Positions 17,208-23,512 of a DNA stretch of 23,512 bases are shown piece after piece. The notes below the pieces were generated by a model, which did not search any database, had not been told where the DNA came from, and saw only the letters and a program-made list of their open reading frames with translations. This stretch comes from a virus (taxonomy: Duplodnaviria > Heunggongvirae > Uroviricota > Caudoviricetes). The position numbers were made by a program, and so were the translations under genes. Each line of letters begins with the position of its first letter. The stretch's first letter is position 1. The DNA lies in the IMG/VR virus record IMGVR_UViG_2531839455_000001. One strand, 5' to 3'.

Positions 17208-17267
17208 ATCTGTTGTGTCTTCATCACCAGTACTTAGTATCTGAATGATTTCTTGCAGTTGGTTCAT
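17208..17267 (-). pseudogene. Abi-like gene, 5' portion (first 18-20 codons, MNQLQEIIQILSTGDEDT...), separated from its 3' portion by the IS66 element
   Basis: Removing the IS and one TSD copy joins this segment in frame with 14504-13636 to give a continuous 306-codon ORF. Confidence 0.55.
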
Positions 17268-17281
17268 ATGTCTTATCCCAT

Positions 17282-17305
17282 AAAAAAGCCCGCATAAGCG
17301 GGCTT
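17282..17305 (-). terminator. Rho-independent terminator (minus strand) just upstream of the Abi-like start
   Basis: Minus strand AAGCCCGC-TTAT-GCGGGCTT followed by T6. Confidence 0.5.
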
Positions 17306-17434
17306 CTATGTCACTAAAGAGCCGCGGCTCCTTTGCGTATCCTTTTTTGTCTCCTCACCGTCTGGTCGGTGTCCTGCTGAGACTGCTAACTTCCTGTTTT
17401 TGTTGGTGTTGTCCTTACACTGTCCAATCATGAT

Positions 17435-17462
17435 TGGTGGAGCTGGCGGGAGTTGAACCCGC
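17435..17462 (-). other. ssrA (tmRNA) 3'-end fragment, att-site-like footprint
   Basis: Minus strand reads GCGGGTTCAACTCCCGCCAGCTCCACCA, identical to the recalled 3' terminus of E. coli tmRNA; no matching 5' half, so not a complete RNA gene. Confidence 0.6.
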
Positions 17463-17849
17463 TGACACGTCGTATGCAAGAACTTGCTGCGGCTGGATGG
17501 TGGACTTTCGATAGTGCGAGTATTGAATGATTTCCATCTATTACAGATTTTACCGTATTTCGGCATGAATGAAACTGAATATCCTCCCACCGACCCTCCA
17601 TGACTTTACACCACTGTCTCTGGGGCTGCTATGTGCCAAGAGCGGACGTTACAATCATCAGCCTATCCATTAACTAATGGGAATAGGTCACGATAGTTGT
17701 TGAATGAGCCCTTGTATAGTTTCAAAAATTGCTTTGATTTAATACATTGATACTGTTAGATTCTGAAGGATCCTATCAGTTTTAACACAATAGGTTTGTA
17801 TAAAAACATCCTGCAGCGTTTCAAATATTTTTCATGAGGTATTTATAAA

Positions 17850-18956
17850 ATGATTACTAGTGGGTATTTAATAGGACAGATAATTGACGACCTATCAAAT
17901 ATAGCACAGCAAGCAAAAGTCAGAAACAAACTTGGACATACTGATTTATCTGTGTTTGCTGAGAATTTTTTCAAGGATATACTAAACGAGACACTGGAAC
18001 TATCCTTAATAAACACTAACATAACAAGAGCTAACGAGCCTGGTATAGATCTTGCTGATATGGCAAAAAAAACAGCATTCCAGGTCACAACTGACAAAAC
18101 AAGTAAAAAAGTAATAAACACTCTTGAAAAAATAACATCTGAACAAAGAAATAATTACCGCCACTTCAATATTTTGATAATAGGTGATAAACAAGATAAG
18201 TATGAGGCTGTAACGAAAGCTTTAGCTAACAGAAGTGATACCGAAGAATCTTATGATGAAAGTGAAGAAGAACAAAAAAGTAAGATTCATAAAGATATAG
18301 TATTTGATCCAAACGAAAACATTATGGATTTGACTGACTTATTCCGTAAAATAATTGGGTTAGATTTGGTGAATATCCAAAAAATCCATAGCATCATCCA
18401 AAAAGAAGGCGCGAAAGTCAAAATTGAGCTTCAGGTCCCTGATGAGAATGGTGAGTTTCAAACGAATGGTTATGATCTTTGGGAATCACGTCCAAAAAAA
18501 CAACTTAGCGATGGGGTCATTTTCAGTAACTGGGAAGCTGCACAAGGCGGAGCAGTAGCCACACAAGAAGCAATTGATAAAACTAAGAAAGACATTGAGG
18601 AATTAGCGAGTCGCCTTTATTCCTTGCCACGAATAACACGCGAGTTTCTAGCAATGCTTTATGAGCTGGCTAACTATAAACGTGAACGATATGATGAGCA
18701 TCCAAGTATTTTCTATAGTTTTGTTAAAAAAACTTACCCCAATGCAGACGAAGAGATAAAATTACTGCTATCTCATGAGTTAATCGATATGGACTCTGAA
18801 CAAAAAGACACCGAAAGGTTTGTGGATACCGAGATTGGGTTATGTTTTTCTCTTCCATACAAGTCTTACCTAAATTTAGGGTTCTATAACTTTGTAAATG
18901 AAAATAAAATTTTATTTCGTGACGTAATTGGAAAGGTGGATTTTTCATGCTTCTAA
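17850..18956 (+). CDS. Hypothetical AT-rich 368-aa protein (orphan cargo gene next to attR; possible abortive-infection/defence protein)
   Basis: Clean ORF with GAGGT RBS 9 nt upstream; Lys/Glu/Asn-rich; no recognisable phage structural or housekeeping motifs by eye. Confidence 0.7.
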   Translation: MITSGYLIGQIIDDLSNIAQQAKVRNKLGHTDLSVFAENFFKDILNETLELSLINTNITRANEPGIDLADMAKKTAFQVTTDKTSKKVINTLEKITSEQRNNYRHFNILIIGDKQDKYEAVTKALANRSDTEESYDESEEEQKSKIHKDIVFDPNENIMDLTDLFRKIIGLDLVNIQKIHSIIQKEGAKVKIELQVPDENGEFQTNGYDLWESRPKKQLSDGVIFSNWEAAQGGAVATQEAIDKTKKDIEELASRLYSLPRITREFLAMLYELANYKRERYDEHPSIFYSFVKKTYPNADEEIKLLLSHELIDMDSEQKDTERFVDTEIGLCFSLPYKSYLNLGFYNFVNENKILFRDVIGKVDFSCF

Positions 18957-19623
18957 ATCCAAAATGACATCCCACTATATTTCATTGTTCTAACTCCTTT
19001 TGACTGCATAATAAGTCATCGGTTATGTTAGCCGACTGACTTTATGTTATTTACATTTAAATGACACAGTTGGAATATAATAATCAGCTGAAACAATTAC
19101 ACATAATTTCAAAATATTCTTTCATGTAACACTTCACCAGTAGAATTATCTCCGCTACCACATAATAAGCTTAAATCATATTAGAGTGTCTCTTGTTCTG
19201 GAGGCGAAAAATATATTTAATAAAGCTACAGCCTCCCAATTAGCATTGACCTAGTCACATGATGTCGCCAGTGGGCAAGATGAAGGGCCTTAATTGGTCT
19301 GTTGTTTTACTGTTCAGGTAAGCCTGTTGCCAGAGATAAGTTTGTTTTTTTATGAAAGTCAGCTCTTCGCTCATAACAGACATTCACTACAGTTATGGTA
19401 GAAGGTATGCATGCTGGGTGGGGAAAGTATGAAGGAAAAGAAGGCTGCTGTGTCGTTTGACATCACTGCAATCTTCTTATTGGTTATGCGGGTCGTAGTG
19501 GGACAAAACTGAGACACATAAGGCCTAGCAATGGCTTGCAAGGCTTTACATGTTTTGATGTGGTGGGACTTGTGAGCGCAGTGTTGATGGGGTAATGCTT
19601 TGAATTAGAAGCGGATTCTTATA

Positions 19624-19679
19624 ATTCGTAATGCGAAGGTCGTAGGTTCGACTCCTATTATCGGCACCATTAAAATCAA
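19624..19679. repeat. attR: exact 56-bp copy of thrW 3' end + 10 nt (partial tRNA-Thr, not a functional gene)
   Basis: Identical to 1399-1454; lacks the tRNA 5' half. Confidence 0.85.
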
Positions 19680-19950
19680 ATTGTTACGTAAGATCTTATC
19701 ATTCTCCCACCAAAAAATTATCTTAATGTAACAGCTGGTGTAAGTAAATTCTATCAACGAAGATCAATCTTATCTACTGACCAAAAAGGCCTGATAGGGC
19801 TTCGCTCACTATACATCCTTGGCTGCAGGTTTAGTTGTACACCACTCCTAAATTTAATGTGTTGGCAATGTGTTCAATAAAGCTCGAACAAATTAGCTCA
19901 TTATGATCGGTTAATACTTCAACTTCTGGTTGCATGATTGTTTGTCCGTA

Positions 19951-19985
19951 AAAAGATAACGCGCCTGCCGGGTAGTAGCAGGCGC
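19951..19985 (-). terminator. Putative terminator downstream of the toxin-antitoxin operon
   Basis: Minus strand GCGCCTGC-(9-nt loop)-GCAGGCGC followed by a T-rich tract (GTTATCTTTTT). Confidence 0.4.
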
Positions 19986-20050
19986 ATTACGCAATAGGTA
20001 AACAAGGGAGGAAGTTCAGAAATGTAAATCGGGAAGGTTGTACGCAATGT

Positions 20051-20730
<680 letters not shown>

Positions 20731-20748
20731 TACAGTTCTCCACTATTG

Positions 20749-20970
20749 TCAGTTCAGGGTGATGCTCATCAGGCAGGTATAGGGCCCATTGCGGTCCTGG
20801 CGGCGTTCGGCGTATACCGCGAGGACTCCGGCGATATCCGGAACGTCCCTGCCGGTGTAATGACAGACGCTACCGTGCCACTGGTATTTGCCGGTGCAGT
20901 AGCGAAAGATTCGGGACTCAGGATGCTGGCGGTATATCGTCATTGCCCTGCGTTTACTGATAATTTTCAT
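20749..20970 (-). CDS. ykfH: DUF987 protein (YkfH/YeeT-like), 73 aa
   Basis: MKIISKRRAMTIYRQHPESRIFRYCTGKYQWHG...; start at internal Met of the 77-aa ORF. Confidence 0.75.
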   Translation of the reverse strand: MKIISKRRAMTIYRQHPESRIFRYCTGKYQWHGSVCHYTGRDVPDIAGVLAVYAERRQDRNGPYTCLMSITLN

Positions 20971-20978
20971 GTAATACC

Positions 20979-21455
20979 TCAAAGCAGACCGTGTTCTGCG
21001 AACGAATAGATTTGCCTGCCACCGACAATCAGATGGTCAGGGACACGGATATCCACCAGCTGAAGCACCTGAACCAGTCGCTGCGTGAGGGTTTTGTCGG
21101 CCTGGCTAGGTGTCGTCTCGCCGGAAGGATGGTTATGCGCGAGTATCACCGCCGCCGCGTTGAAGTGCAGAGCACGTTTGACCACCTCCCGGGGATGCAC
21201 CTCGGTGCGGTTAATCGTGCCGGTGAAGAGCGTTTCATGGGCAATCAACTGATTCTGGTTGTCCAGATACAACACCCGGAACTCTTCCCGCTCAAGCGCG
21301 GCCATATGCAGTCGCAGCCATTCACGTACGGCGTGGGTAGAGGTGAAGGCTACGCCGGGCTCATGCAGGTGGCGGTCCAGAGCCCTGAGCGCCCGCTGAA
21401 TGAGACGCCGGTCCTGTGGCGTCATCTCGCCGGGTAAAAAGGAAAGCTGTTTCAT
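20979..21455 (-). CDS. ykfG: RadC-like JAB-domain protein (YkfG/YeeS-like), 158 aa
   Basis: JAMM-like motif ...HFNAAAVILAHNHPSGETTPSQAD... Confidence 0.85.
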   Translation of the reverse strand: MKQLSFLPGEMTPQDRRLIQRALRALDRHLHEPGVAFTSTHAVREWLRLHMAALEREEFRVLYLDNQNQLIAHETLFTGTINRTEVHPREVVKRALHFNAAAVILAHNHPSGETTPSQADKTLTQRLVQVLQLVDIRVPDHLIVGGRQIYSFAEHGLL

Positions 21456-21470
21456 CTGTTGCTCCTTCGG

Positions 21471-21929
21471 TCAGTCGATAATACGCAGAATGGCGTGAGC
21501 CTCTGGATGTTGCATGGCATACTCCCGCAGGCGGTAATAGTGTGCGGTCATCGCGTCACATTCTGTACGGCAGGCATGGTGGCTATACGCAATCAGGCAG
21601 ACAGCAATACCTGCTGCTTCTGCACTCATTTGGGCATCGTTACCGTTCAGGCAGTTAAACAGACGCCATGTCTCATCGTTGTCAGGCTCGGGGGACATAA
21701 ATGCGCCGCCATTGCTGAGGGTGTAGAACGACCAGATACCACCGCTGTAGCCCTCACAGAAGCGGTCCATCCAGGCGAAGATATGCGGCTCCAGGAGTAG
21801 CCACTGCGGGATAGCGCCAAAGTACTGTGGCCAGAAATCGATACGCTGTTCATCGGGGACCGGCGTGACGGTCAGTTCAAATTCGGGTTGGTTAGCGGGT
21901 GCGAGGTCGTGCTGCGTCTGTGTTGTCAT
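21471..21929 (-). CDS. yafX: Antirestriction protein (YafX/YfjX/KlcA-like), 152 aa
   Basis: Start at MTTQTQHDLAPANQPEFELTV... (ATG 21929, GGAGAC RBS); ORF track start at 22142 is an upstream extension. Confidence 0.8.
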   Translation of the reverse strand: MTTQTQHDLAPANQPEFELTVTPVPDEQRIDFWPQYFGAIPQWLLLEPHIFAWMDRFCEGYSGGIWSFYTLSNGGAFMSPEPDNDETWRLFNCLNGNDAQMSAEAAGIAVCLIAYSHHACRTECDAMTAHYYRLREYAMQHPEAHAILRIID

Positions 21930-22026
21930 GGGTATGTCTCCGTCAATAAAAACGCCAGCGGCGATGGCTGGCGTATGGGGATATAAAGTGTGTTCGGGGA
22001 GGTGAATGCGGGTAAATGCTTCGCGA

Positions 22027-22266
22027 TCAGCGGGTGGCCGTGTCTGTACGGATGCCTGAGGTGCGGATATAGCGGTTAAGACCTTCACCGGCATCCGGCT
22101 CAAAGTTCCATGCCCGCCAGACCATCCGGCCTTCAGTATCACGAACCACCAGACGGAAGTGACTGCCCTGGTCGTCTTCGAGTGTGATATTGCTGTACGT
22201 GGTAGTGACCGCTTGCGCTTGTCTCCGGGTGAAAGGCCCCGGTGGCAGCAACACGGATTGGGTCAT
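22027..22266 (-). CDS. ykfF: DUF905 protein (YkfF-like), 79 aa
   Basis: [43 protein letters not shown]...; start at internal Met of the 150-aa ORF. Confidence 0.75.
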   Translation of the reverse strand: MTQSVLLPPGPFTRRQAQAVTTTYSNITLEDDQGSHFRLVVRDTEGRMVWRAWNFEPDAGEGLNRYIRTSGIRTDTATR

Positions 22267-22342
22267 TTTCGGGCTCCTGATAAAAGAAAACCCCGGCAGC
22301 CTGCTAGCTGTCGGGGTGGATTTGCTGGGGAAGATACTACTA

Positions 22343-22810
22343 TCAGTCGTTGCTGCAGTCTCCGAGAGTGGACAGAACTTTCTCAGTGTTCTTCCGGTCC
22401 GCAGTGAAGGTCCCTGCTTTGTGGTCATTGACGTAGACGTCGAACTGCCCGGCCTCAGAGATATTGCTGATGAAGTCAAACCAGGCGTTATCGCCGTTAC
22501 GCCAGCCCAGGCTGGACGGAATAATGTACTGCTGGTGATCCATCACTACGGTGATAGTAGTGTCGTCATCGTGCGAACTGACCATCTTGTCATCGGCAAG
22601 GGTAAGAAAGACTGAATGCTGATAGAAACCATTCTGGTCCGGGTTCCCTGTGCAGTTGATGGTAAACGTCTTTCCGCTGGCTTCGGTCACGCTGTATTCC
22701 GTATTGCCCTGACCGTAACCCTGCTGCCAGAACCCCGGGATAGCAGAGGCATTAAAGCTCGCGAGCAGTACACCCGCCAGCATAAACCGACTTAGTGAAA
22801 GTATTGTCAT
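22343..22810 (-). CDS. ykfB: Secreted/periplasmic small protein (YkfB-like), 155 aa
   Basis: N-terminal signal-peptide-like segment [23 protein letters not shown]; position in CP4-6-like block. Confidence 0.65.
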   Translation of the reverse strand: MTILSLSRFMLAGVLLASFNASAIPGFWQQGYGQGNTEYSVTEASGKTFTINCTGNPDQNGFYQHSVFLTLADDKMVSSHDDDTTITVVMDHQQYIIPSSLGWRNGDNAWFDFISNISEAGQFDVYVNDHKAGTFTADRKNTEKVLSTLGDCSND

Positions 22811-22832
22811 TCTTGTCTCCTTTGTCGTTGTT

Positions 22833-23276
22833 TTATTCCTGATTGTCAGGGTTCGAGGGTATCAGTAGCTGCCCCATCAGTTTGCCGTCATGGGCGTACT
22901 CAAAGTATTTTTCTTTGGTATACGGGTCCGTCACCTCCTGGTATTCCAGTTTGATGTTATCGGCAATACACAGCGCATTCATCAGCGGCTGGATGGTTTT
23001 TTCCTGCATATCCACGAGGTAGTAGTAACTACCGCCCTCGCAGCCATCGGGCGACTCACGGGTACGTAAGACCTGCAGGGTGAGACCTGATGAAAAGCCA
23101 ACCTGTGACCATTCTTCGCTGACATCATCCTGCCGACTGACCACATCGCTGAAGCGCGGAGGCGTGAGGTCCTTAAATTTACTGATAGCTTTCAGGTCAT
23201 CACTCCTGTCATCGCAGGCGCTCAGAAACAGAGTGGTGGCAACCATCGCCAGCAGAGGTAGTGTTTTACATTTCAT
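22833..23276 (-). CDS. yafY: Lipoprotein (YafY-like), 147 aa
   Basis: Signal peptide plus lipobox (LFLSAC); start overlaps upstream stop (TAATG). Confidence 0.7.
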   Translation of the reverse strand: MKCKTLPLLAMVATTLFLSACDDRSDDLKAISKFKDLTPPRFSDVVSRQDDVSEEWSQVGFSSGLTLQVLRTRESPDGCEGGSYYYLVDMQEKTIQPLMNALCIADNIKLEYQEVTDPYTKEKYFEYAHDGKLMGQLLIPSNPDNQE

Positions 23277-23512
23277 TATTTTTTCCCTGAAATCAGACGT
23301 ACCACTTTGGCAAAGACATAAATGCCGACGAAAATACCCACCGGCACGCCGACGAACGGTGTCAGCGCGACACTGGCAGCACCGGCTGCGCCACCTCCCG
23401 TCAGCAGTGCGGCAACAGTGGCAAGGGTCAGGGCCGCGAGACTGTCGGACACCCCGGTTTTGTTCAGAATGATGACGATGACAACAATGGCGATAATGGC
23501 AATAACGGGCAT
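23276..23512 (-). CDS. Small hydrophobic membrane protein, 78 aa, runs to window edge (start may lie outside)
   Basis: Highly hydrophobic/Gly-Ala-rich ORF coupled to the yafY-like gene; Met at 23512 may be coincidental. Confidence 0.45.
   Translation of the reverse strand: MPVIAIIAIVVIVIILNKTGVSDSLAALTLATVAALLTGGGAAGAASVALTPFVGVPVGIFVGIYVFAKVVRLISGKK

Noticed and set aside
17306-17590. 94-aa minus-strand ORF and neighbouring 92-aa ORF (17843-18121)
   Set aside because: Low-complexity, no RBS; the first overlaps the ssrA 3' fragment and a terminator, the second is antisense to the 368-aa gene.
22159-22615. Plus-strand ORFs (82 and 143 aa) opposite ykfF/ykfB-like genes
   Set aside because: Antisense artefacts; no RBS and poor composition.

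Overview
Enterobacterial (E. coli-like) chromosome at the proA-thrW integration hotspot. The window opens with proA and tRNA-Thr (thrW), followed by an ~18.2-kb integrated element bounded by 56-bp direct repeats of the thrW 3' end (attL 1399-1454, attR 19624-19679). The element is a degraded P22/lambdoid-type prophage: integrase, excisionase, a leftward early block (YfdT/S/R/Q/P-like), a CI/Cro immunity switch with GTAC-core operator palindromes, a CII-like gene and an O-like replication initiator carrying iterons. Late genes are absent; a 3' tail-fibre-assembly gene fragment marks the junction with an AT-rich cargo region. That cargo holds (i) a two-gene cassette: a UvrD-like SF1 helicase split by a -1 frameshift in an A7 run plus a translationally coupled 212-aa partner, (ii) an Abi-like gene split by a complete IS66-family element with 8-bp target duplication, (iii) a 28-bp ssrA 3'-end footprint, and (iv) a 368-aa AT-rich orphan gene next to attR. 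Beyond attR lies a CP4-6-like block (CbtA/CbeA-type toxin-antitoxin, DUF987, RadC-like, antirestriction, small lipoproteins). The helicase+partner cassette is the best candidate for an uncharacterised anti-phage system. All calls rest on reading the sequence and recalled protein families; no database search was run.
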